Virus record (IMG/VR): IMGVR_UViG_3300032316_000329
Location: 1-64,000 of that record
Source of the DNA: a virus
Reading direction: 5' to 3' (one strand)
DNA: 64,000 nucleotides
Below are positions 54,223-64,000 of the stretch, in pieces. Each line of letters begins with the position of its first letter. Within the stretch, counting starts at the first letter, position 1. Below the pieces are notes generated by a model. The model was not told the DNA's origin. It saw only the letters and a list, made by a program, of their open reading frames with translations, and made no database searches. A program made the position numbers and the translations under genes.

Positions 54223-57200
54223 TGATTTCAAATAATAGAACCTCATTACTTGTATCTTCGCAACTTCCAGAGTTTGTAAGAAACGATCATCCTCAATTTG
54301 TTACATTTCTGGAAAAATATTATGAGTTTATGGAGCAAGAAACAGGCGCTACAAATCAGGCGAAGATTTTTAATGATAATCTTAACATTGATTTAGCCAA
54401 TGCTCAGTTTGAGAAAAAGTTATACGACAACTATCTAAAACTAATTCCTAAAGACATTATTGCCGATAAAAAGATTATTCTTAAGGCAGTAAAAGACTTT
54501 TATCGTTCTAGAGGGTCCGAAAAGTCTTTACGTTTTCTTCTTAATATTATTACACCTAAGATTTTCATTCCAACCTCTCAGAATACTAATATTATCAGAG
54601 TTAAAGGTGTTTATTATAATAATGTTGCTAATAGTTTGGCATTATCAACTTATGTTGGTAAGACTATTAGGGGTATTGATTCAGAAGCATCTGCTAACGT
54701 TCAATCTGTAAAATCTTACTTTGATAATGGTGTAAAGGTCAATGAGTTAATTGTTGTATCAGTTAATGGACGATTTGATCCTGGTGAGAATGTTGTTGCT
54801 TTCTATAGAGAAAATGGGTCTTATCAAAGAATTGAGTCAACATTATTTACCGGTGAAGTTGAGTCCATTGTTGTTAATGAAAGATTTCGTGGATCAGGTT
54901 ATAGAGTTAATACCTTTGTAAATATACAGAGTCCTTCTGGATCAAATGCTAATGCCTACATCAGTAAAGTCACGGTAGGTAATGTCAATAACATTGTTGT
55001 AACATTCTCTGGTGCTGGTTTTAAGACTGGTGATTTTCTATCATTTACAAGTGGTAGTGGATTGGGTGCTAATGCGTATGTTTTTATGGTTAGTGCTGAT
55101 AATAAGTATCATCCAAATTCTTATATGATGATTTCTTCGCGTATTAATGAAGAAGCAAATACCAGAATATCCAATACTAAGTATTCCAATCTTTCATCAA
55201 CAATTACCGATCCGGCCAATACAGCATTAATTAATGTTGCTAAGACATTTGCTTACTCTAATGTCGGCCCGGTGGAAATCGTTTATGTTGCTAATGGTGG
55301 TTCCCAATATGTTGAGTTACCAACCGTAGATATTTCATCTAATACGATTGCTAGAGCATTAGGTATTGCTGCCAGAATGGAAATCATTGATGGTGGTCTT
55401 AACTATGCGGTTGGCGATATCGTTCGCTTTATCAATGTTCTAGGTGGTTATGGATTTACTGCTAATGCCAATGTAACCTCGACTGCTGCTAATGGTATGA
55501 TCACAGAGGTTAAGTTTGTTCCTGTTGCTGGTGAGCATACGGGTGGTGCTGGTTGGGCCACAGGTTATTATCCAACATTGTCAGTTGATTCTTCAACAGG
55601 TAATGGTGCCAACATTATTCTAAGAACAACTCTCGCCGATGGTGAAGTTCTACAAATTTCCAATACTCTAATTGGTGCTATTGAGCAATTTACTATTGTT
55701 AATCCTGGTGAAAATTATCTAACAGTACCAACAATTGATCTAACAAATCAGGGTGATGGAACAGCCGAAGCAATTGCTACAGTTAGAAGTGGTGTTATTC
55801 AATGGCCAAGTCGTTTCGTTGCTAATGCCGGATTCTTTACTGCTGAAAGAGACGCCGAGGTTTATTATCCTAAGAATGATGTTCTTCGTGCCTCTGATGG
55901 TAAATGGTATGTTGAGAAAACTCTTAGAATTAAAAATACACAAATTAGTAATTCCTCAAACTCTCTTTATGAGGCTTTAGAAAAGTTTAAGAACACACTT
56001 GTTCGTGGTAGAACATCAAATGCCACTGCGGTCATTGAAAAAGTAAATCGTTTCTATGAAAGCACCACACTAGTTGATGAATTGGTTATTTCGTCTAAGA
56101 AAGGTGACTTTAGAAATGGCGAACAGATTTTCACATTCTTTACTGAAGAAGGTCAATCAAAATACATTTCTGCCGAATTATTTAATGGTGCCCTTAATAC
56201 GGTAAGAATTACTAATTCAGGTTCTCGTTATAACATTGGCGACATTGTTACTGTTACTAGTAATACCGGTGCCAATGCCAATGTTGTTATTAGTAAAGTT
56301 TCTGCTGGTAACATCAAATCAGTTGTTGTTATCTATAGTGGTGCTGGTTTCCAAGTAAATGATTACATTACATTTGCTTCATCTACAGGATCAAATGCTA
56401 ATGCTAAAGTTATTGCTGTTCTATCAAATGGAACAGTTCATCCTAATACTTATAATGTAGTCGGTACCACAATTGACTTTGAGGCCAATACAGTAATTGG
56501 TAACTCTAGATATGCCAACCTTTCTTCAAGCATTGGTGATCCTGCTAATGTGGCGATTAAGAACCTTATGTCGTTCTTTGCTTACTCTAATACAGGACCA
56601 GCACTCAGCATTTATGTTGTAGAACCTGGTCGTGATTATCTACCGCCAATTTCACCAAACATCAAAGCAAACACCAGAATTAATAACCTAGGAACTATTG
56701 GTAGAATAGAAGTTATTGATGGTGGTGAACTTTATCAAGCAAATGATAAGATTGTCTTTAAGAATGTTCCTGGTGGATATGGATATGGCGGCCGGGCCAA
56801 TGTAACTAATGTTGATATAACAGGTGCTATTACACAAGTAAGATTTGAGTATTACGGTTCTTCCGAGAAACCAGGTGGTGAAGGTTGGGAGATGGATTAT
56901 CTCCCAGTAGCAGATATTAATACCACTTATGGATTTGGTGCTAATGTAGTTATTAAGTGTATTCTAGGTGACGGTGAAGAATTACTTGTTTCTAATTCAT
57001 CTATTGGTGCTATTGAGGAACTATCAATTCTTAATAGAGGTGATGGTTATGTTACAGCACCTACACTAGACCTATCAAACATTGGTGATGGAACAGCACA
57101 GGCATCCGCCACAATTATTGAAGGTGCTTATTCTTATCCTGGTAGATACCTTAATGATGATGGACAGGTCAGTTCATCTAATTATCTACAAAATAAAGAC

Positions 57201-58346
57201 TACTATCAAAACTTCTCTTATGTTGTTAAATCAAAAGAATCAATTGATAATTACATCAAGCAGGTTAATGATACGGTTCATCCTTCTGGTACTAAAATAT
57301 TTGGTGAATACCTTTATGAAGATAGTGGAGAGATTGAGAGTTCCGATACAACTGTTTATGATGCTTCTATTATTACTTATTCACAGGCCGTTGGTGTTCT
57401 TGATAACATCTATGTAACAACTGCTGGTGCCTTATATAAGATTGGTGATCCTGCTGTTATCGTGAGTAATACTGGTGCTAATGGCATTGCCATAGTCTCA
57501 CAGGTTATTTCTGGAAATGTTAATAACATTACTGTAACATTCTCCGGTGCTGGATTCCAGGTTAATGATTATATTACATTTGCTAATACAGATGCTATTG
57601 CCAGAGTATCACAGGTTAATAGAACGGGATCTTACCATCCTAATTCTTATCCAATGTATTTCACAACAATTAATGTTGAGGCAAATACGCCAATTAATAA
57701 TACAACTTATGCTAATGCCAATTCAGCAGTATCCGATCCAGCTAATACGGCATTCCGGAATGTTATACCAACAACAACTTATTCTAATACTGGCCCGGCA
57801 ACCGTTATCGCCGTTCTATCGGCAGGCAATACAACAAATCTAATTCCTTCACTAGACATCAATTCTAATACATATGTTAGATCACTTGGTATCTTTGGTA
57901 GATTAGAAATTGATGCCGCCGGTCGCGGTTATGCTAATGGTGATGTTATTACACTAACAAATAAAGTTGGTAGTTATGGTTATGGCACCAATGCTTATAT
58001 TTCTAGTGTTAATGCCAATGGTGCTATTATTGCCGTTTATTTTGGAAATACTGCTGGAGAACATAGAGGTGGTGCTGGTTGGGATCAGAACAATCTACCA
58101 ACAGCAACTATTACCTCAGCAAATGGTACAGGTGCTATAATTACTCCTCGTGCTACACTTGGCGACGGTGAAATCTTGGCAATCTCCAATTCTAGTATCG
58201 GCGGTATTCAGAAAATTACTATCCTTAATAGAGGTGATGGTTACATTACAGCACCATCAATTGATTTAACTGGCAGCGGTAATGGCCTCGCCAATGCTTA
58301 TGCTACAATTATTACGAATATTGAAGAAATAGAAGATGTTGTATAA
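54222..58346 (+). CDS. gp7: Baseplate wedge initiator gp7-like with internal repeats
   Basis: QLPEFV..FLEKYYEF, FYRSRGSE, ASDGKW, YYQNFSYV, HPSGTK.FGE. Confidence 0.8.
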   Translation: MISNNRTSLLVSSQLPEFVRNDHPQFVTFLEKYYEFMEQETGATNQAKIFNDNLNIDLANAQFEKKLYDNYLKLIPKDIIADKKIILKAVKDFYRSRGSEKSLRFLLNIITPKIFIPTSQNTNIIRVKGVYYNNVANSLALSTYVGKTIRGIDSEASANVQSVKSYFDNGVKVNELIVVSVNGRFDPGENVVAFYRENGSYQRIESTLFTGEVESIVVNERFRGSGYRVNTFVNIQSPSGSNANAYISKVTVGNVNNIVVTFSGAGFKTGDFLSFTSGSGLGANAYVFMVSADNKYHPNSYMMISSRINEEANTRISNTKYSNLSSTITDPANTALINVAKTFAYSNVGPVEIVYVANGGSQYVELPTVDISSNTIARALGIAARMEIIDGGLNYAVGDIVRFINVLGGYGFTANANVTSTAANGMITEVKFVPVAGEHTGGAGWATGYYPTLSVDSSTGNGANIILRTTLADGEVLQISNTLIGAIEQFTIVNPGENYLTVPTIDLTNQGDGTAEAIATVRSGVIQWPSRFVANAGFFTAERDAEVYYPKNDVLRASDGKWYVEKTLRIKNTQISNSSNSLYEALEKFKNTLVRGRTSNATAVIEKVNRFYESTTLVDELVISSKKGDFRNGEQIFTFFTEEGQSKYISAELFNGALNTVRITNSGSRYNIGDIVTVTSNTGANANVVISKVSAGNIKSVVVIYSGAGFQVNDYITFASSTGSNANAKVIAVLSNGTVHPNTYNVVGTTIDFEANTVIGNSRYANLSSSIGDPANVAIKNLMSFFAYSNTGPALSIYVVEPGRDYLPPISPNIKANTRINNLGTIGRIEVIDGGELYQANDKIVFKNVPGGYGYGGRANVTNVDITGAITQVRFEYYGSSEKPGGEGWEMDYLPVADINTTYGFGANVVIKCILGDGEELLVSNSSIGAIEELSILNRGDGYVTAPTLDLSNIGDGTAQASATIIEGAYSYPGRYLNDDGQVSSSNYLQNKDYYQNFSYVVKSKESIDNYIKQVNDTVHPSGTKIFGEYLYEDSGEIESSDTTVYDASIITYSQAVGVLDNIYVTTAGALYKIGDPAVIVSNTGANGIAIVSQVISGNVNNITVTFSGAGFQVNDYITFANTDAIARVSQVNRTGSYHPNSYPMYFTTINVEANTPINNTTYANANSAVSDPANTAFRNVIPTTTYSNTGPATVIAVLSAGNTTNLIPSLDINSNTYVRSLGIFGRLEIDAAGRGYANGDVITLTNKVGSYGYGTNAYISSVNANGAIIAVYFGNTAGEHRGGAGWDQNNLPTATITSANGTGAIITPRATLGDGEILAISNSSIGGIQKITILNRGDGYITAPSIDLTGSGNGLANAYATIITNIEEIEDVV

Positions 58347-58385
58347 AATTGTTATAAATACCATAAATTATTATAAAGGGTAAAA

Positions 58386-59714
58386 ATGTATTCTACTAGC
58401 ACCATTGATCTGAAAATCCTTTCAGCAGAACAATTTAGAGAGTCCGTTTCTGAACCGGCACCAAATACTAAGATTTACTTTGCTTTTGGTAAGAATGATG
58501 CTTGGCGAAATGAACCAACACCAGATGTTGCTAATGGTTCTGTTTCCACAATTTATTCTTTTTGGAAAGGAATGATTGGTGCTAAGAAATTAACCGATCT
58601 CGACATAAGACATGTTATTGAGAGACATAACTGGTCCGCTAATACAGTCTATACCCAATATGATCAGGTAGATCAAAATCTGTATAATCTTGGTATTAAG
58701 TATTATATTATTAATTCTGAGTATAATGTCTATAAGTGTATCAGTAATAACAATGGTGCTAATTCGGTTTTTGAGCCTCTAACAGTCTCAACTAATAATA
58801 CTATTCAGACCGCAGACGGATACATTTGGAAATATATGTATACCGTAAGCGAGTTTGAGAAGCAGAGATTTACAACATCATCTTTTATTCCTGTTAAAAC
58901 TCTAACCGAGGATAATGGATCAAGACAATGGGATGTCCAACGGGCTGCCGTAGACGGTGCTATTCATAAGATTGTTGTTACCAATGGCGGCGCCGGATAT
59001 AAGAATGTATCTAATCTAGTTGTAACCGTTACAGGTGATGGTGTAGGTGCTGCTGCTATTGCTACGATCAATACACAGTCAAATACCGTAAATTCAATTG
59101 TTATGACGAGTATTGGTTCTGGTTATAGAGAAGCAACAGTAACAATTACAGGCGGCGCCGGATCAAATGCTACCGCAAGATCAATTATTTCACCAAAGGG
59201 CGGACATGGTTCTAATCCACTATATGAACTAGGCGGCCATTATCTTTTACTAAATCCTAGATTTCAGAACATTGAGAGTGGTTTTTTCCCTGTTGGTAAT
59301 GAGTTTAGACAGGTTGCTTTAATTTCTGATCCATATGTTTATAATAGTAATACAAATGTTTCCGCTAACCTGATTATTACACAGACGACAGACCTAACAC
59401 TTGTAGGCACCAGTGGCGAGTTTGTTAAAGATGAATGGATTTATCAAGGTAGAAGTCTGGCAGAAGCAACTTTTAAAGGAAAAGTTGTTGAGTGGAATAA
59501 AAATACTGGCATAATTAAACTAAACAATACATTTGGTAGTCCAGCAATTGAAGGTATTGTTGGTGCTAATAGTATTGCTACTCGTTTCGTTTCTTCCATT
59601 AATTATCCGGATTTAGAACCTTATTCAGGTAGATTACTATATATCAATAACATCACTCCAATCATAAGAAGTCGGGCACAAACTGAGGACTTCAAAATCA
59701 TTATTAAGTTTTAA
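58386..59714 (+). CDS. gp8: Baseplate wedge gp8-like
   Basis: YNVYKCISN, DGYIWKYMY, PKGGHG, FRQVALI.DP, YSG..LYI.N..I.R..QTEDFKIII.F. Confidence 0.88.
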   Translation: MYSTSTIDLKILSAEQFRESVSEPAPNTKIYFAFGKNDAWRNEPTPDVANGSVSTIYSFWKGMIGAKKLTDLDIRHVIERHNWSANTVYTQYDQVDQNLYNLGIKYYIINSEYNVYKCISNNNGANSVFEPLTVSTNNTIQTADGYIWKYMYTVSEFEKQRFTTSSFIPVKTLTEDNGSRQWDVQRAAVDGAIHKIVVTNGGAGYKNVSNLVVTVTGDGVGAAAIATINTQSNTVNSIVMTSIGSGYREATVTITGGAGSNATARSIISPKGGHGSNPLYELGGHYLLLNPRFQNIESGFFPVGNEFRQVALISDPYVYNSNTNVSANLIITQTTDLTLVGTSGEFVKDEWIYQGRSLAEATFKGKVVEWNKNTGIIKLNNTFGSPAIEGIVGANSIATRFVSSINYPDLEPYSGRLLYINNITPIIRSRAQTEDFKIIIKF

Positions 59715-59725
59715 AGGAAAAATTA

Positions 59726-62700
59726 ATGGCAAGTGCTAATGTCGTAAACACACTAATCGTACCAGCAGCATCTAAAGTTGCTCCATATTATGATGATTTC
59801 GACGAATCCAAAAACTTTTATCGTGTTTTATTTCGTCCAGGTTATGCGGTACAGGCCCGTGAATTAACTCAGTTACAGACTATTTTACAAAACCAGATTG
59901 AAAGATTTGGTCGTCATGTGTTTGTTAATGGATCATCTGTTATTGGTGGAAAACTTGATATTTCTGACATCACTACATTAAATGTTGATATTCAATATGC
60001 CAATTCTGATGTTGATATTGCATCCTTTAAAGATAAAACAATTACCTATTCTTCAGGAAATACAGATATTCAAGCTAGAGTCATTCAGACCTCACCATCC
60101 GTTAATGGTTCACCAGCTTGCCTTCATGTTAAGTATATTACAGGTTCAGAGTTTAGTAACGGCGCCACTATTATAACAACAACCGGCGGCCATTATGCTA
60201 ATCTATCATCCAATGCCAATATGTCGTCAAATGGTTCCATTGCGTTCATTTACGATTCCATTTATTTTATGCAAGGATTTTTTATTAAAGTTCCTAAACA
60301 ATCTGTTGTTGTTTCTAAACACAATCGTTTAGCTAATTCTAAAGTAGGTCTTGAAGTTGTTGATGACATTCTAACAGAATATAATGATGCATCACTACTT
60401 GATCCTGCACAGGAATCATCCAACTATCAGGCACCAGGTGCCACTCGTTACCAGGTTAGTCTAAATCTTGCTAATAGAAGTTTAGACAGTGTTGATGATG
60501 AAAAGTGGATTGAGGTTGCACGCCTTAATAACGGTATCATCACTAAACTACAATCAACTCCAATGTATTCAGAGATTGAGGAAGTTCTTGCTCGTAGAAC
60601 TTATGATGAATCTGGCAACTATATTGTTCGTCCATTTAAAACTCGTATTGACTCAGGAATTACCGATCCTGCAAACAATTTTACACTTGTTGTTTCACCT
60701 GGTAAAGCATATGTTTATGGTTTTGAATGTGAAAACCAGGCAGCAACTTTACTTAATCTACCAAGAGCAAGAAGCACCAGAAGTAGGTCGGATTATAATA
60801 TCCGTGTAAATTACGGTAATTATGTTATTGTGGATCATCTACAAGGGACCTTTGATACTGCCGGCCAAGGTATTGTTGATCTACATTGTGTTGATACTGC
60901 TAATGTTGTTACATCATCAAACGCAGGATATTATTCAACTAAAATTGGTACCGCTAGACTCAGAGACCTTAATTTCTATGGTGGATCATCCAACACGACC
61001 ACTAGACAATATGAACTTTATTTCTATGATAATAAGTTTAATGTTATTACAGATAATGCCGCATCAACAGCAAATAGTACCTCTGAGATTGTTCTAGGTA
61101 CCGCTAATTCATCACTAGCTAATGACGCATACACAGGAGCTTATATTAAGGTTACTGCCGGTCCTGCGTCTGGTGATCTAAGACTTATTACCGATTATGA
61201 CGGAGCAAACAAGAGAGCAAATGTTGCTCTACCATTCTCTGCTACAACAACATCGGCATCCCGTTATGAATTAAGATTTGATATTACAGATGTTGATGGT
61301 TTCGTTCAATGGACTACATTTACCGGTGGAGCATCTTCTAATGCTGCTGCCACTATTGATATGCTTAATAAGGATGATGGTACATTAAACGGTAACACAT
61401 TCATTTCAGAAGCCACATTTGGTGATAGTTTCTATCAGTTACCATCATCATATATTGCGGGTGTTTCAAATACATCATACATTTATCGTAGAGTTTATAA
61501 TTCTGTTACATTCTCTTCTGGTAATGCTACTATCACATCCGCCAGTAACGAACAGTTTGAAGGTGAAACAACCACCTCAAATACATCATCAACAATTATG
61601 GATAATTTCCTTGTTATTGTTACCAACCCAACAGGATCAGCAAGAACAGTCGGCGACCAGGTTAAAATTACTGCTACTGTTAATACAACCACACCAGAAA
61701 CATCCGTTCTTCGTACCGGCAATACATCTGAATCATTTACTGCCACAGTTTATTCAAAGATGTATATTAATAATCCATCACCTAGAACAAAGACACTTGT
61801 TTCTTCTAATACTTTTGTATTTTCTTCTTCGTCACCTTCAGCACAAATTAATGGTCCTACAGGGTCAAATACAAAAGTATATCTTGCATCTGCTCAGGTT
61901 GTTATTAAGAATCCTTCTAAAAGTAATGAAAGTTTATATATTTCCGATGTGCAGGCGGTTAAGAAGGTTTATTATTCTCCATCTGAACCTTCTGTCGGTC
62001 AAACCCTGACCGGCCTTGAAGATGTTACAAATAAATTTACTGTTGATAGAGGACACCGTGCTGAATGGTACGATCACGCCTCTGTTAAAGTTAAAGCAGG
62101 ATTCAATCTTCCTCAAGGTCATTATATTGTCTGCTGCCGTTATTATTCACATTCTGCCGATTCAGGATTCTTTGCGGTAAATTCTTATCAAAACTTGAAT
62201 ACAATTATCTTAGAAGATAACATTCCAATTGATACAGGATATGCAAACATTCCTGTTGTTAATGGCACTAGAATGTCGGATATAATTGATTTTAGACCGT
62301 CAAGACCAAGTGCCTCAGGTACATCTAATTGGAACTTCTCTTTTGCTAGAGTTCCAATTGCAACCACAAACTTTAACTGCGATTTCTCTTATTATCGTGA
62401 AAGAAGAGATATTGTTGTTATGACTGTTAATGATGAACTTAAACTTATTCAAGGTGATTCAACGGGTAATTTTTTCCCAGAAACGCCAGCTAGAAGTTTA
62501 TTGCTTCATAAGATTAGAGTATTACCATATACAATTTCCAGGAACGATGTTTTTGTTGAATCTCTGGATCATCGTCGTTATACGATGGCAGATATCGGTG
62601 CTATTGATCGCCGTCTAAAGTCCATGGAGTATAATGTTGCTCTAAACTTCCTAGAAAAGAACGCACAAGGATTGGTTATTAAAGATGTTAATGGCCTTGA

Positions 62701-64000
62701 TAGATCAAAGTATGGTATTCTTGCCGAGGACTTTTCTAGCCATCTACTAGGGGATACCAACAATCCTGATTATTCGTGTGCTGTTGATGTTAATGGAACA
62801 TATTCACCAACTGGTGGTATTATGATGCCGCGAGTTATCAGCAATCTTGTTAAGCTAGATGCTAATAACGAATCAGCAGTTGGATTGAGCGTATCAGATG
62901 ATAAAGTAATGCTTGCTTATAAAACAACACCTGCTATCGTCCAAGATAAGGCAACAAAATCTGTCCCTGTTGCTGATTATCTATTTGGTGATTTCAGAGG
63001 CCAGATCATTACAACTCCAGAACAAGATATCTGGAAAGATATTACAACCCTACCACCAGAGGTTGCTTCTATTCCAAAACCTGTAATGCAGTTTGATATC
63101 ACTATGACTGAAATTACAAATATCACTAATAATCAGACTAACACAACAAATATTAAAAAAGAGATCACTAATGTTCATCCATCAAATACAATAACTATTA
63201 TTGAAAGATCAGATCCGCCACCTCCACCACCAACAACAACAACTTATGATAAGTTACTATTAACATTTACCAATGGATTTGCTAAACTAGGTCAGTTGAA
63301 GTGGAGGTATTTTGGTAAGGATCTACATCAAACATTTGGAGATCCTACAAGAGATTACTTTATTACAACTGTTTTAACACCACATCAAATTTGGGAGACA
63401 GGTGAATTTTATGGTGATTATGGTGCTTCCGATGTAGATGGTTCCGGTCGTGTTAATACTACTGCATTAAATACTTTACAACTTTATGCTTTGACTAGAA
63501 AAGGAATTGATGCAGTCGGATTTCCTATCGGTTCAGGTGCTCTATCCGTTTCGGACCAGAGAATTGAATTTATTTTTGATGTTTATAGTGCCATTCTTAA
63601 CAGACCTCCGGATTTCCCTGGCCTCTGTTTCTGGTGCATAAAAAGCGCACATTTTAAATGGTCGGAACAGCAAACAAGAGAAGCAATGAATACAGCGGCT
63701 ATTCAGAATAATGAGTTAGGTTCCGGTATGGATCCTAATTTAACAGCTGTATTAACGCCTATTTATATTATAGGTGATGATTTAAATGCGGCTCTTGTAG
63801 GTAGTCAATCTGTAAGAGGAACTGGCGATGTTCTAAATTATGAGACAATGAAAACACCAGATGGTAGAACAGCGGTTGCAGCGAGAACACCGGAAAGTAT
63901 GATTAGGTCTTTCTATGAAACATATCTGGGAAGAGACGCGGAAGAAGGCGGATTGGGATTCTGGATGGGACAGTATAATGATTGGGTTAAGCAATATGGT
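59726..64000 (+). CDS. VrlC/DUF4815-like large tail fibre/baseplate protein (runs off the window, absent from ORF track)
   Basis: SD AAGGA; PYYDDFDESKNFYRVLFRPGYAVQARELTQLQ; LARRTYDESGNY; frame still coherent at 63542-64000. Confidence 0.85.
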   Translation, partial: MASANVVNTLIVPAASKVAPYYDDFDESKNFYRVLFRPGYAVQARELTQLQTILQNQIERFGRHVFVNGSSVIGGKLDISDITTLNVDIQYANSDVDIASFKDKTITYSSGNTDIQARVIQTSPSVNGSPACLHVKYITGSEFSNGATIITTTGGHYANLSSNANMSSNGSIAFIYDSIYFMQGFFIKVPKQSVVVSKHNRLANSKVGLEVVDDILTEYNDASLLDPAQESSNYQAPGATRYQVSLNLANRSLDSVDDEKWIEVARLNNGIITKLQSTPMYSEIEEVLARRTYDESGNYIVRPFKTRIDSGITDPANNFTLVVSPGKAYVYGFECENQAATLLNLPRARSTRSRSDYNIRVNYGNYVIVDHLQGTFDTAGQGIVDLHCVDTANVVTSSNAGYYSTKIGTARLRDLNFYGGSSNTTTRQYELYFYDNKFNVITDNAASTANSTSEIVLGTANSSLANDAYTGAYIKVTAGPASGDLRLITDYDGANKRANVALPFSATTTSASRYELRFDITDVDGFVQWTTFTGGASSNAAATIDMLNKDDGTLNGNTFISEATFGDSFYQLPSSYIAGVSNTSYIYRRVYNSVTFSSGNATITSASNEQFEGETTTSNTSSTIMDNFLVIVTNPTGSARTVGDQVKITATVNTTTPETSVLRTGNTSESFTATVYSKMYINNPSPRTKTLVSSNTFVFSSSSPSAQINGPTGSNTKVYLASAQVVIKNPSKSNESLYISDVQAVKKVYYSPSEPSVGQTLTGLEDVTNKFTVDRGHRAEWYDHASVKVKAGFNLPQGHYIVCCRYYSHSADSGFFAVNSYQNLNTIILEDNIPIDTGYANIPVVNGTRMSDIIDFRPSRPSASGTSNWNFSFARVPIATTNFNCDFSYYRERRDIVVMTVNDELKLIQGDSTGNFFPETPARSLLLHKIRVLPYTISRNDVFVESLDHRRYTMADIGAIDRRLKSMEYNVALNFLEKNAQGLVIKDVNGLDRSKYGILAEDFSSHLLGDTNNPDYSCAVDVNGTYSPTGGIMMPRVISNLVKLDANNESAVGLSVSDDKVMLAYKTTPAIVQDKATKSVPVADYLFGDFRGQIITTPEQDIWKDITTLPPEVASIPKPVMQFDITMTEITNITNNQTNTTNIKKEITNVHPSNTITIIERSDPPPPPPTTTTYDKLLLTFTNGFAKLGQLKWRYFGKDLHQTFGDPTRDYFITTVLTPHQIWETGEFYGDYGASDVDGSGRVNTTALNTLQLYALTRKGIDAVGFPIGSGALSVSDQRIEFIFDVYSAILNRPPDFPGLCFWCIKSAHFKWSEQQTREAMNTAAIQNNELGSGMDPNLTAVLTPIYIIGDDLNAALVGSQSVRGTGDVLNYETMKTPDGRTAVAARTPESMIRSFYETYLGRDAEEGGLGFWMGQYNDWVKQYG

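Noticed and set aside
59982-62763. Short ORFs listed in the track in this region
   Set aside because: Alternate-frame shadows of the long ORF starting at 59726
1-64000. Stop-codon reassignment
   Set aside because: Core genes are intact under code 11; TAA, TGA and TAG all end genes at expected positions

Overview
64 kb of an AT-rich, T4-like myophage genome. The host is most likely an alphaproteobacterium, judged from the permuted two-piece tmRNA with an ANDN...ALAA tag, the PlcP/Agt pair, a YkuD transpeptidase and RegA/RegR-like boxes. Layout: (1) accessory and late genes (M15-like peptidase, Dps, deaminase, Dam); (2) a late cluster of probable head-packaged proteins with ligase-like, HAD, cytidyltransferase, peptidase and kinase domains; (3) lysis cassette; (4) primase, thyX, class II RNR, L,D-transpeptidase, plcP-agt; (5) rnh, a nuclease/MTase pair and an early micro-gene island with four repeated palindrome-promoters; (6) phoH, exonuclease, tmRNA, gp33/59/32; (7) a minus-strand baseplate hub block; (8) gp4, 2, 53, 27, 5, 25, 6, 7, 8 and a truncated VrlC-like fibre gene. 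Best novelty candidates: a Pho-box-controlled phospholipid-to-glycolipid remodelling cassette, a possibly virion-packaged RNA-repair set, a ribosome-rescue kit (tmRNA plus ArfA-like peptide), host-RegA-type boxes at fixed spacing on early promoters, two putative -1 frameshifts, a structured leader RNA and a candidate origin. All family calls come from motif recognition by eye. No database search was run.
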